From assembly GCF_964204865.1 (NCBI RefSeq), contig NC_135254.1:21318199-21382198 (forward strand): a stretch of DNA of 64,000 nt. The letters are read 5' to 3'. Below, piece after piece: positions 24,101 through 36,970 of this stretch (positions are counted from its first letter, which is position 1; each line of letters opens with the position of its first letter). Under the pieces are notes generated by a model that worked only from the letters and a program-made list of their open reading frames with translations, did no database searches and was not told where the DNA came from. Source of the stretch: Styela clava (lineage: Eukaryota). The position numbers were made by a program, and so were the translations under genes.

Positions 24101-24704
24101 GTAAGCATTTTTATTGTCAGTATAGAGTATAGACTATCAGAAATCCTGTGGAATTTAGTAGCAATTGGAATCAATCAGACCGGCCGAGTAGCCTTTATTT
24201 GCGATGTATTATTTTTCGTCACGCAGACAACTGATTCCGACATGTCGCATCGTCGAATGACGCAATACAGCAATATAACGTATTTAACTGAATTGAACAG
24301 GATTACGAAATTTTCGCGTCGATTGCGATCATTTTTTAAAAATTCGATTATATCTTAGAAACGCCGCTGTTGCGAAATTTCTCCCCATGGTGTGAGACAC
24401 ACAATACGATATCAGTAGCCGCCGATTTCGGTATAACCTGTCCCTCAATTCATTAATGCTGGCGATTAGAGGTTTGTTGAGTATAGACAATAACAAACAA
24501 TTAATTAAAATTACGCGACAGAAATTTGTGTTAATATTAATTACCGGCAATACATCTACATGTTTTGCCGAGCTCGATCATTTCATTACCTTGATAAAGA
24601 TTATCTACAACGTCAATGTGACCGGTATTTCAATAACCCATTAGTCGCTTAATAATTTATTTTCAAACATTACCGTAATTGTTCCATTTTATTTTATAAA
24701 TCAG

Positions 24705-24794
24705 GGAATCTTTGGAAAGATGAAGTTCGACGAAAATGTTCGATATTAACGAAGAATTTAGAAGAAAAATTGAAATCATCAGCTTCAGAACATG
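24705..24794 (+). CDS. DDIT4: DDIT4/REDD1-like coding exon 2
   Basis: Acceptor tataaatcag|GG. Peptide GNLWKDEVRRKCSILTKNLEEKLKSSASEH. Donor G|GTAGGT. The frame stays open only in the required phase. Confidence 0.65.
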
Positions 24795-25112
24795 GTAGGT
24801 ACCGTTTATGTGAGAAATTTCCCCCAAAAAATGTCTTGAATGCCCGATTTTTTTTCCCTGAGACATTTTTCTACAAACGATATGTGTTTCTAACTCCACA
24901 CACACTATGCTTGAATAGACAGAGGTAATGTATAGCGAATAATGAAATCTTTTTCATTAAATTGTTTCTTCTTGAAATCTCAATGAACGAAAAAATAATT
25001 TCAATAATTTGATCACCTGGCTTTTTCAGTTTCAGTCCACGAGTGTTTTACAGCCGCATCCAACACAAACTTTGCTGCAATTAAGACTAACAATTGCTTT
25101 CATTATTTTCAA

Positions 25113-25862
25113 GGTCTTGCGTTAAAGTTTCCCATTGATCTTCCTCATCGCCTAGCCAACAAAATCGTTGACACTGCTTCATCGGAACCATGCGGTTTAC
25201 GCGGCTGCTGTGTCAACTTACGCCTGCTTCATGAGGACATTGCTGGCGTGTTGATGACATCACAAGTAGGAGAGGGCCCAGTGTTTTCTGACGCACGATT
25301 AGAAAAATGTGCAAGCTGGCCGGAGGAGCCGCGAAAAAAGACAAATACCCACTTGAGTAATGCTGAGCGACCCGAATTGGATTTTAGACTTCTGCCGGAT
25401 ATGGATGCTACTTTGACAGAGCGTTTTTCACCGGATTTTAGTACGGACAGTGGGTTTGCTGATTCAGCGGAATTCAGACGGCCCATGCACCGACGTCTTC
25501 AACACTCTCTATCATCATCTGCGATCCCAATATTGCCAAGTTTATCAGCAGCTTCGAGGCTGCAAGTGGCTTGTGCGGACTTGGGTTGTTTAGATTTATG
25601 TGACTCTGATTCGGTTCCAACGTTTGAGTTGTATATTTACCTTGCTCCTGTCACATCTTGGTCATGGTGGGTTCGAAGATTATTTTCTTCCTCCCTAAAA
25701 GCAGGTAAAGGAGATTGTGACGCGCACAGAAATAAACCTAACTCTAATCAAAAAAACCTAAAATCACTTAACCTGATGCCGGATTTTACATTAGTCAAAC
25801 GAAAACTCTATAGAACACGTTCGAATTCACTCGAGGTGATTCGATGTCCACTTCCTAAATGA
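25113..25862 (+). CDS. DDIT4: DDIT4/REDD1-like terminal coding exon (RTP801_C domain); coordinates +/-1
   Basis: ...SSEPCGLRGCCVNL..., ...SVPTFELYIYL..., ...RRLFSS..., ...DFTLVKRKLYRTRS... align to human REDD1 SEPCGLRGALLDV / VPTFQLTLVL / QGLFSS / GFRVIKKKLYSS. Stop TGA at 25860-25862. Contains a roughly 100-aa lineage-specific insertion relative to vertebrate REDD1. Confidence 0.75.
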   Translation, partial: GLALKFPIDLPHRLANKIVDTASSEPCGLRGCCVNLRLLHEDIAGVLMTSQVGEGPVFSDARLEKCASWPEEPRKKTNTHLSNAERPELDFRLLPDMDATLTERFSPDFSTDSGFADSAEFRRPMHRRLQHSLSSSAIPILPSLSAASRLQVACADLGCLDLCDSDSVPTFELYIYLAPVTSWSWWVRRLFSSSLKAGKGDCDAHRNKPNSNQKNLKSLNLMPDFTLVKRKLYRTRSNSLEVIRCPLPK

Positions 25863-28800
25863 TTTCTTTATCTTCCCCCTTCTGGTTCAGAATAAGTCAC
25901 ATCGTGGTAATATTAGTTATAACTTACAAATATTTCACCTGGACTTGACGCAGACTTACTATCTGTATAATACTTGTTGCCCAAAATCTTCAAACAGTGT
26001 GCATGGATTTTTTGTTTGCAGTTTTTTTTCAATAAGAGTCTTTAGTTTCTATTTTCTATCTTCACACTTTCTGTACCATTAAGAATTTTAGCAAGTATAT
26101 GCTTAGTTTCCACTATGAAGTGGCGGATATTCAAATTCCAAATACTAGCATCAGAGGATGTGTTATTTGAGAAACACTGCCAAAATAACTTCTTGAATTA
26201 CCAACAGTTTTGAGCAATTTTCGGTTCCAGAATAAAACGTTTTGTTTTCTGTAATCATCAGTTAGAAGCCACTGTCGAAATTGTTCCGATTAAAATTTTA
26301 ATTCTAGTGGCTTGTACTAAATACGTAAGCGTTGTACCAATTTATGAGAGATTGTGATGACAAATATTATATTCAAAGTGTCCGATATATGCTGATTTCA
26401 GCCATCACTTCATATGGTGTTTATTAATGCTCAAATCTGCTGGTACTTGACTGACATGGTTCATGCTTTAATTAAAGTTTCTACATAAAACTTGTTTTCT
26501 TGCCGATGTAATATTGAGCTGCCGTTTTTATTCCACAATATGGTTTATTTGTGCTGAATAAATATTCTACAGAATATAGCTATGATTAATTTGTGCGGAG
26601 AGGACTCGAGTTGATTTTTATTTAGTATGAACATCAAAGAAAATTCTAGCATAGTACGTAAATTTCGCTGTTGGAGTCTACTGAAGACTGAGTTCAGAAA
26701 CTCAGAAAGATTATTCAAGTGGGATTTCCCGATTTTAATTTTTGTCGACCGGTCCTGTTTCGCAATATAATAACAGCTGCATTGAATTTATAAATTATCG
26801 AAAACCACAAACTCGGCATATTGGCAACATGCAGTGTCTGTAGGGCATGACCTTGCTCTCTCTGAGCAGACAATCTCTTCACAATGCCAAACAGATATTT
26901 ATTCACAATTGGCCATGTGAGTGTAGCATCTACTTCTTGTCACAATGGTTTATTTCCGACCTTCAATTGTTTCGGAATTGTCTTTCGTCACCTTACCGTT
27001 CAAATTTAATAATATTACAGTTAATGCACCAAGGAGTTCAATATACAATCTATAACATGTAGTTGATGAATGTGTGAGAAAGTTTACTGATTATCGTACA
27101 TTGTTGCATCCAGGCTGATTTTCATAAAGTAAAATTGATGATGAAATATAAAAAAAGTTCGTGAATGTCGCCTAATTGTACAAACATCTGCAATAACATT
27201 CGTTTTCATGTTGATATTGTTCTGGTAGTTACTTCATATTCCACGTTCAAATCGGATTTAACGCATGGTACGTCCAGCTGACATTCATAATAGGTAATAG
27301 CACTGATTATGTTATTGCCCATCAGCTGGTTTCAAATACATTGAATAAAATAACTTGCTCCTAGTTCCCATGAAATTCTATCCTATCCCCCGTGGAGAGG
27401 CCGTAATTTGTTTTGTTCGCTCTGTTTGAACAGTATATATAATTATTTAGGTTTACCATGTACAGTTTTATTTTTAGTTTTCAAACACATGGAAATGATA
27501 GGCAGAACCTCTGGTAATATACAAAAAGAGTTTTTCGTCATGCTATAAATTGTTAGTGAGGAATAGGGATGTATGGCCCGATCGACATTTGAATGGCAAT
27601 CTTTTCCACAGATGGACACGATGTGCCGCAATGGATGCAGTGCGAAATTCACCAGGTATAATTGGCAATTTTTCGCTAGTGAACGATATATGAATTATTT
27701 TAGAACAGAACCGAAATTAATTTGATTATCTAACTTTAGCCGACTCTGCCACGATTGGTGGCTTCGGAGGCATACGAGCGTTATTACGCTTGTCATTCCC
27801 CTTACAGTGCGGAAGGGCTTCAATGGTCGGTCGGAAAGAGCCTTGACGTACAAATTGAATAACTGTGGTGAATCCATCACGTCAAGCGATATCAGCATGC
27901 GTGCATTTAAATGTTACATTTGCGATCTTATTACTGCTCTTATATTAATTTTACTATTTTAGACACTGTATGCAGCATAACTTACCGCAGTTACTGCGTG
28001 CATCTGACCATAATTCATACTTTATATTTCTCCTGCTAATAAAGTGCCGTGAACTATGTTAGACTGAAAGAAGGGCAAGTATACAAGCATAAGGTAAATA
28101 TGTATAAGAAGCACGATCAAGAATTACGACTTACATAAAACATTTTTTAGCGATTTGTGAGATGGTGATATCAACCGGCTGGCAATTTACTGACTTCTAT
28201 AAAGTTTTAACCAACATTTTGACAGGTATAACATCAAGTTGTCGACGAAACGTCAGACTTATTAACAATTTCTTCAGTTAAAATCAAGGGCCAATCCATT
28301 TTCATATAGTTATGTAACTCAAACACTCCTGATTTTACGTTGAGACATGGATATGAAATTGAGCCATCAACTTTGGGCAACCCAGAGATCTAAGAAATGT
28401 ATATAACCGAGAATAGAGTTTTGTAAATATATATAGAAAAGAAATCGGAAACATTTGAGAACGCTCGTTATCGACATTGAACAATATTGATTTTGCAATC
28501 GAACGAGGTAGCGCACAAAAGTAGAAATACTTCGCCATTTACAAACCTCAAGTACTTGTACAGAACCTTGTTACGACAGAAGATGCGAAGCACGTCATAA
28601 AACTGATATTATATTTCGCGGCTGATTTTGTTAAAATTTAGGTTTGTTATGAGTTCAAATTATGGAAATAAATGATCTTGGCTCAAGACCATTTTGAACA
28701 GCGTTGGTTGTAATAGTGGCAATATGAGCAACTGATAAATAGGTAACGTGAGCAACGAAAAATGTGCCCGCCCGGCCTAAATTGAATATGTGACCTCTTA

Positions 28801-30560
28801 ATATATATATTATATTCTTCAAAATATTCTTCAACCGTGGAACTTGGTCATTTTAGGTGAATCATTGTCTGATGTGCTAATGTGACAAATAGGGCGATAT
28901 TTTTGCCCTATCATGAATGGATTAATGTGAAAAATAAATTAGAGGAAATTTAGTTTTGAAATGACTGCTCAATTCATTAAAACACGGCTCCCGGTAAGTT
29001 CGACACGTTGTACAAGATAGGTTTTGACAATCATCGTCACAAAACGCACCAACCAAATACATTACCCGGTAGTTCCCCTCAAATCTCCCAAATAATAATA
29101 TTGGGTACATGAAACTAAAAATAAACGTAACGTTTGCTCAATAAATGGCGAAACCTCTTATATGAATGATGTAATGCATCTCGACTGCTGATTATTGACA
29201 TTGTCTCTTTATTGTGTTCAAATCCTGTCCTAATAAGCAGTTGAGCTGTACAAACTTATCACTTTGTAAGTATATTTCATATTCCCCCTAGCGTAATGGT
29301 TTTCAGGCCAACTCTCATTCCAGGAGAATCTAACAACAGCAGACCAATTCTATTGAACTGTATGTTCACTCACACTCTTATGTTTCTAGTAACGTGCGAT
29401 GCGAGTTTTGGACCAATGGCTTGGTATGGGCTAATCATTTGAGCAATATTCGTTCTAAGTACGAAAGTTAAGTACGAATGTTTGCAATGTGCCATATATT
29501 TTTATATTTTATAATAAAAAATAGACGATTGCTTGCACAATTGCGTCATTTCTAATGGAGCGGGAGAAAATTATTCCCAATTCAGGAAACGGATTTGTTG
29601 CAGCCATGCAATTTTCACACGATAAATGACGAGCACAATCGGAAACTCTCGAAAAATATCATTATTTTTCTGCTTGCATTTATTGTCATCTAGCCAACTA
29701 TCGGTGTCAAAGTTTTTAAGTTTGAATCATAGTTATATACATGTAGAACATCTGACAATATTATGTTTCCATATTATGCTATTAAGACACATGTATTTCC
29801 CCGACACCTCTGACAGCAGCAGTATTAAATTTTGGCAAATCTAAATGCAATTTTTGAGCAACATCAAGTGGCGTGATCGTTGGAATAACGATTCATAAAT
29901 TGTGAGCCTTATTTCCTGCAGTTCAACTTTAAAAATATGAACTTTCAATGGAAGCAAGTTTCAATTTGTGTATATTTTAGTTCTGTGTAGTAGTATATAT
30001 TTACGGTTCCATTATGCAATAAATTTGAGACAAGCATGTGCGATGCTTTTTGTACGTAGGTTGGACATGTGTCGGCATAGTGTACATTTGGCAAGATATG
30101 AACGCCATTGCAATTCAACACAAAACGTATACTTTCCCAGCCACTCCACGTATAGATTACAGCAAGGTACGTCACATATAAAGAGCGACGGTTGAACACG
30201 AGCAACAAGACATCAGGTTTCGCCGGTGTGAAAACCTATACATGTAAACAGCATATCATCTGTTGTGCCTTTTTTTTCAACTTTTGAATAGAGAGATGTA
30301 CATTTTTATTAATATTATATTAATAATACATTATTGAGATTTCACCTCTTTTTTTTTGTTTTATTTCTTCGTTTTTAAATTGTGATTGGTGACCTCCAAA
30401 AAATAGAACCCATTAATTTGCTCGAATACACCTACGAGGATAAAAAAATTTTGTTTTTGTTTGCGCTCGAACTTATGTTTGTGTATGATCATAACTAAAA
30501 GTTTCGAGTAAACTAGGACAATTTGTACAAAAGGTATGTTCTCCCTACAATATGTTCCAA
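25806..30560 (+). repeat. Tandem segmental duplication, copy 1 (includes the last ~55 nt of the DDIT4-like CDS and its downstream sequence)
   Basis: Collinear with 31482-36970 at roughly 85-90% identity with scattered indels; visible by eye along the whole length. Confidence 0.85.
28038..28043 (+). other. AATAAA; candidate poly(A) signal of a long DDIT4-like 3' UTR (also present in duplicate copy 2 near 33828)
   Basis: gctAATAAAgtgccgtgaact lies at the end of an ORF-free stretch about 2.2 kb downstream of the stop. This is weak evidence. Confidence 0.3.
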
Positions 30561-31292
30561 ATTACAGCAGTAGGAGCAAACTTAAATCCATTTCGCAAAC
30601 ACGTCAGTCACTCACTTGGTTTTCTTCAGAAGCGAACTTTTTGCTGTTAGGACAAGTCAAACGAGACAATCACACGCTGGTTGAGAGAGCGATTTCAGGA
30701 AAGGCTGAACAGCAATGACATTGAGTGAGCACCTCGTTCATCGGACTTGAACCCCTAGAATTTTATCTGTTGATGTATTATATAAGGACAATGTGTATCA
30801 GAGCAATCCTTAATTAAAACGGTGACAGTACATTTCCTCTCATCGTATATTTGCAACCGTAATCTGCACCTAGGACATTTGCACCTACATACTTTTGCTC
30901 CGACCGACATTTGTTTTATGGCTATTAGATTAGCATTTGTTTAGATATTTTAATGTTAGTCAGTATGATAATCAGCGGTTAGCTGGAATGTACAGGATTT
31001 CAGGGGCTGTCTTCACATTTCAGTATTTTCCTTGTATATATTATTTTCCTTGCGATGTTATGCCTAGTGTTCGTTATTTTCAATTTCATTGTGTCCTTTC
31101 TAATCTGTTGATTTCATTGGAGTGTTTGGTTGTATTAAATTTTCAGATTGATAACTAATAAATAGATTAAAAAGGCAATAATTGAAGTGAATATGAGAGA
31201 AGAGGATCACATCATGTTAAAAGATATGTTGGACTTGGAAAATTCATTCATATATAGACGGACGGTACGCTACATACATTTGAACCCATGAA

Positions 31293-31400
31293 CATTTGTC
31301 TACGGGTGCAAATGTTTATGGGTGCAAATGTAAGGGTGCAATTGTTCATGGGTGCAAATGTCCGTGAGTGCAAAGGTATGCAGATGCATTTGTCCTGGGT
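31293..31400 (+). repeat. Minisatellite (gggtgcaaatgt)n, about 8 imperfect units, in the spacer between duplicate copies
   Basis: gggtgcaaatgtttatgggtgcaaatgtaagggtgcaattgttcatgggtgcaaatgtccgtgagtgcaaagg... Confidence 0.8.
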
Positions 31401-31447
31401 GCAAAGATAATGGAACCCCTCAAACAATTGGTGATGTAAAGGTTTCA

Positions 31448-31472
31448 ATTGCAGCAAAAAAAAATATATATA
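31448..31472 (+). repeat. A9(TA)8 microsatellite at the left breakpoint of duplicate copy 2
   Basis: aaaaaaaaatatatatatatatatata, directly abutting the duplicated segment. Confidence 0.85.
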
Positions 31473-31481
31473 TATATATAG

Positions 31482-34400
31482 AACACGTTTGAATTCACTT
31501 GAGGTGATTCGATGTCCACTTTCTAAATGATTTCTTTATCTTCCCCTTACCGTTCAGAATAAGTCACATCATGACATCATGGTAATGTTTGTTATAAATT
31601 ACTAAGATTTCACCTGGACTTGACGCAGGCTTACTATCTGTATAATACTTGTTGCCTAAAGTTTTCAAACAGTGTGCATGGATTTTTTGTTTGCCGTATT
31701 TTTTCAATAAGAGTCTTTAGTTTCTTCTTTCTATCTTCACACTTGATGTACCATAATTTTTTTTAGGAATTATATGCTTAGTTTCCACTATGAAGTGGCG
31801 AAAATCTAAAATACTAGCACCAGAGGATGGGTAATTTGAGAAACACCGCCAAAATAACTTCTTGAATTACTCCCCGTTTTGACCAATTTTCGGTTACAGA
31901 ATAAAACGGGTTATTTCCTGTAATCATCAAATATATGCCACTGTCAAAATTGTTCCGATTAACATTTTAATTTTGGGTGTTTGTATTAAATACGGTGTAC
32001 TAATTTATAAGAGATTCTGACAATAAACGTTATATTCAGAGTGTCGGAAATATGCCTAATTTCCGCCATCACTTCATATGATGTTTATTACGCTATATGT
32101 TGCTCAAGTCTGCCGGTACTTGACTGACATGCTGGCATGGTTTATGCTTTAATTAAAGTTTCTACATTAAACTTGTTTTCTTGTCGATATAATATTGAGC
32201 TGTCGTTTTTATTCCACAATATGGTTTATTTGTTCTGAATAAATTTTCTACAGATTATAGCTATTATTAATTTGTGCGGAGAGGACTCGAGTTGATTTTT
32301 ATTTAGTATAAACATCAAAGAAAATTTCAGCATAGTACCTGAATTTCGCTGTTGGAGTCTACTGGAGACTGTGAGTTCAGAAACTCTCACCGCTATTATT
32401 CGCTGAAAGATTATTCAAGTGCAATTTCTCGATTTTAATTCCCGGCGACCGGTCCTGTTTCGCAAAATGAATAACAGCTGTTCATTGAATTTATAAATGA
32501 TCGAAAACCACAAACTCGGCATATTGGCAACAACAGCAACATGCAATGTCTGTGTAGCATGACCTTCTTTCTCACTGTGAGTAGATGATCTAGTCACAAT
32601 GTCAAACAGATATTTATTCACAATTGGCCATGTTAGTGTAACAGCTACTTCTTGTCACAATGGTATAAGGTTTATTTCCGACCTTCAATTGTTTCGAAAT
32701 TGTCTTTCGTCACCATACCGTTCAAATTTAATTTAATATTATCACAATTAATACACCAAGGAGTTTGTTATACAATCTATAACGTGTAGTTATTGATGTG
32801 TAAATAAATTTATTAATTATCGTACATTGTTGCATCCAAGTTAGTTTTAATAAAGTGAAAATGATGACAAAATATAAAGATAAGTTCGTAAATGTCGCCT
32901 AATTGCATCTACAATAACATTCGTTTTCATGTTGCTATTGTTCTGGTATTTATTTCATATTTCACGTTCAAATTGGATTTAACGCATGGTACGGTACGTC
33001 CAACTGACATTTATAATAGCACACAGATCATGTTATTCGTCGATCAGCTGATTTCAAATACATTATATAAAATAACTTTGCCCCTAGTTCCCATGAAATT
33101 CTATCCTATCCCCTGTGGAGACGTCGTAATTTGTTTTGTTCGCTCTGTTTGAACAATATATATATTTATTTAGGTTTACCTTATAAAGTATTCATTTTTG
33201 TTTTTAAACACGGGGTAATGATAGACAGAACCTCTGGTGATATATATAGGCCTCCAAAAAAATTATTTCGTCATGCAATAAATTATTAGTGAGGAATGGG
33301 GATGTATGTATCGACATACATCGGATGTATCGACATTTGAATGACAATGCAATCTTTTCCACAGATGGACACGAGATGCCGTATTTAAATGCTGTGCGAA
33401 ACCCACCAAAGTGAAAAACATATGAAATATTTTAGATCAGAACCGAAATGGTTCTTCAGTGAATGACTGATGTCCGCTAATTTAAGAAATCTTGCAGGTT
33501 AACATCCATTTGAAATCTGTAATTTGATTATCTAACCTTAGCCGACTCTATCACGATTGGTGGCTTCGGAGGCATACGAACGTTATTACGCGTGCCATTC
33601 CCCTAACAGTGCGGAAAGGCTCCAATGGTCGGAAAGAGCATTGGCGTACAAATTAAATAACTGTGGTATATGCATCACGTCAAGCGATATCAACATGCGT
33701 GCATTTAAATGTTACATTTGCAATCTTATTACTGCTTTATATTATTTTCAGACACTGCGTGCAGCATCACTTACCACAGTTACTGCGTGCATCTGACCAT
33801 AATTCATACTTTGTATTTCTCCTGCTAATAAAGTGCCGTGAACTAAGAGTCAACTTAATGTCAACCATATTCGATATTATGTTTTGAATTGTACGAACAC
33901 GTTCGAAAACCTTGCCCTCATAGACTGAAGATAAGGCAAACATGAGGTAAATTGTATAAGAAGCACGATAAAGAATTACGACTTCCATAAAACTTTTTTC
34001 GCAATTTGTGAGATGGTGATATCACCCAGTTGGCAATTTACTGACTTCTATAAAGTCTTAACCAACATTTTGACAGGTATAACATCAAGTTTTCGACGAA
34101 ACTTCAGCTTTATCAGCAATTTCTTCTGTTAACCAATCCATTTTCATATATGTAAGTGACTCAAACACTCCTTCTGATTTTACGTCGAGACATGGATCTG
34201 AAGTTGTGTCATCAACTTTGGGCAAACCCAGAGATCTAAGAAATGTATATGACCGAAAATAGAGTTTTGTAAATATAGAAAAGAAATAGTAACATTTGAG
34301 AACGCTCGTTATCGACATAGATCAATATTGATTTTGCGATCGAACTAGGTAGCACACAAAGGTAGAAATACATTGCTTTTTACAAACCTCAACTACTTGT

Positions 34401-36970
34401 ACAGAACCTTGTTGCGACTGAAGATGCGAAAAACGCCACAAAACTAATATCATATTTCGCAGCTGATTTTGTTAAGATTTATGTTTGTTGTGATTTTAAA
34501 ATATCAAAATAAATGATCACGACTCAAGAGCATTTTAAACAGTTTTGGTTGTAATAGTGGCAATGTGAGTAACTCCAACTTCTAAAACGATATATTGTTA
34601 TTCATTAATAATAAATACTGTAGATCAAGTATACAACGTAAGCAACAAAAAACATGCCCATTCGACCTAAATTGAATATGTGATGTCTTCATATAATATA
34701 TTCTATTGTTTAAAATATATTTCAACCCTGGAACTTGGTCCTTTTGGGTTAATCATTGACTGATGTGCTAATGTGACAAATGGGGCGATATATTTGCCCC
34801 ATGATGAATTGCCAAAATTGAAAAATGTGAAAAATAAATTGGGGGAAATTTAGTTTTTGAAATTAGTTTGCTTAATTTATTTAAACACGACTCCCTTGAG
34901 TTTGACACGTTGTACAACATGGGTTTTGGCAATCATCGTCATTTTCTGTTAAGTTTATACCTATGCTATACTTAAGCTGTACATCTTACACGACAAAACG
35001 CACTCACCAAATACCTTGCCCGGTAGTTCCCCCCAAATCTCCCAAATAATAACATTGGGTACATGAAACTAAAAATAAACGTAATGTTTGCTCAATAAAT
35101 GGCGAAACCTTTTATATGAATGATGTAATGCGTCTCAATTGCTGATTATTGACATTGTCTATTGTGTTCAAATACTGTCACAATAAGCATTTGACATGTA
35201 CGAACCTATCATTCTGTAAGTATATTTCATATTCCACTCAGCGTAATGGTTTTCAGGTCAACGCTCATTCCAGAAAAATCGAACAACAGCAGACCAATTC
35301 TATTGAACTGCTTGTCCACTGACAATCTAATGTTCTCGCCCTTGGGCCTCTGAGTCAATTTAGTATTTTAAGGTAAGTAAGGCGCGATACAAGTTTGGTA
35401 CCAATGGAATGGCGTGGGCTAATCACTTGAGCGCTGTTTGTTTTAAGGTTCGGTACGAAATTATTTTTGCAATATGCAATATATTTTAGAATACAAAATA
35501 TGCGATTGCTTGCACAATTGCGTCATTTTTAACGGAGCAGGAGAAAATTATTTCCAATTCAAGAAATGGATTTGTTGCAGCCATGCAATCCTCGCACGAT
35601 AAATGACGCGCATAATCGTAAACTCTCGAAAAATATCGTCATTTTTCTGCTTGCATTTATTGTCATCTAGCCAACTATCGCCGTTACAGTTTTTCAAGTT
35701 TGAATCCTAGTTATATACATGTGGGATACCTGACAATATATTTCTATATGTTATTAAGACGCATGTTTTCTCTGACAGCAGCAGTATTGAATTTTGGCAA
35801 ATCTGAATTCAATTTTTGAGCAACGTCAAGTGGCGTGATCGTTGGAATAACGATTCATATAGTGTGAGTCTTATTTCCTGCTGTTCAACTTTAAAAATAT
35901 GAATTTTCAATGGGAGCAAATTCCAATTTATTTTAATTCTAGTTCTAATATCCAATAAAAAGTGGCAAGCAACCGATAGGCGATCTTTCTTGTATGTACG
36001 TATGACAATTGGGCATGCGTCAGCATAGCGTGCATTCGGCAAGATATGAACGCCAATGCAATTCAACACAAAACGCATAATTTTTCCAGCCATTTCACTA
36101 TAAAATTACAGCAAAGTACGTCTCAAATAAAAAGCGACGGTTGAACACGAGAAACATGATATCAGGTTTCGCCTGTGTGAAAACCTACATGTAAACCGCA
36201 TATATATTATATCAGTTGTTGTGCTGTTTCAATTTTTAAATTACGAGACTACGAGAAAATAAAATATTGTTTATGTTTGAACTTCTGTTTGTGTTAGACC
36301 AGGGGTCGGGAACCTCTTTGGTCAAGAGCCATAAAAAGTACATATTTTCAACTACATTCCCGTGCGAGCCATATAGCATTTTTTCACTTCATCAGACCTG
36401 AAATTTTTACTCAAAAGTCAACACATACGATGTCAATATACATTTACTGTGACTTCGCTGCGGGCCTTGAACGACTGCTCACATGCAGCACGAGTTGAAA
36501 TCTACGATAGTCATCACCCTTCTTTTGTTTCGGCATCTCCGTAGTATTTTTAAAACTAGCTTTGCTAGTCCGATCCGAATATGACAAATACTGTAACTAG
36601 TACATACAAACGGACGAAAAGATTTATTATATTGCTCCGCGACTCTGATCGCTTTGTAATGTCACAAAATAGGTTCCAGAACCCCCTAGTTTTGTTACAA
36701 TGCCAGTCTGGTAATACCCTTAGATAACACAGACATGCGCTGGGCGCGCGTTCTCAAACATATTGGCAAATTTTCCGCCAAATTTGGCTATAAAAGAGTT
36801 TGAAATCTTGTAACAATAATAAGCTTAGCCTTAGAACACTAGATTTTACTGGGAGCCATATGTCATCACCAAAAGAGCCATATATGGCTCGCGAGCCATG
36901 GGTTCCCGACCCCTGTGTTAGACCATACCCAAAAGTTTCAGTAAACTAGAACGATTCGTACAAAAGTTGT
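31482..36970 (+). repeat. Tandem segmental duplication, copy 2 (carries a 616-bp hAT-like MITE absent from copy 1)
   Basis: Starts at gaacacgtttgaattcacttgaggtgattcgatgtccactttctaaatga (a copy of the DDIT4 C-terminus and stop), directly after the run A9(TA)8. Ends at ...aaaagtttcagtaaactag. Confidence 0.85.
36300..36915. mobile_element. Non-autonomous hAT-like MITE (TIR CAGGGGTCGGGAACC, 8-bp TSD TGTTAGAC)
   Basis: Perfect 15-bp TIRs. TSD at 36292-36299 and 36916-36923. The paralogous copy 1 (about 30500) has the uninterrupted site. Confidence 0.8.

Noticed and set aside
25229..25486. Minus-strand ORF antisense to the DDIT4-like last exon
   Set aside because: It lies opposite a conserved RTP801 domain in a CpG- and GC-richer region, and is a typical antisense artefact.
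28335..28538. Minus-strand ORFs in the duplicated block (28335-28538 and the paralogue 34085-34318) sharing FTKLY..YTFLRSLG
   Set aside because: The shared peptide merely reflects the nucleotide duplication. There is no splice or start support and no recognisable domain.
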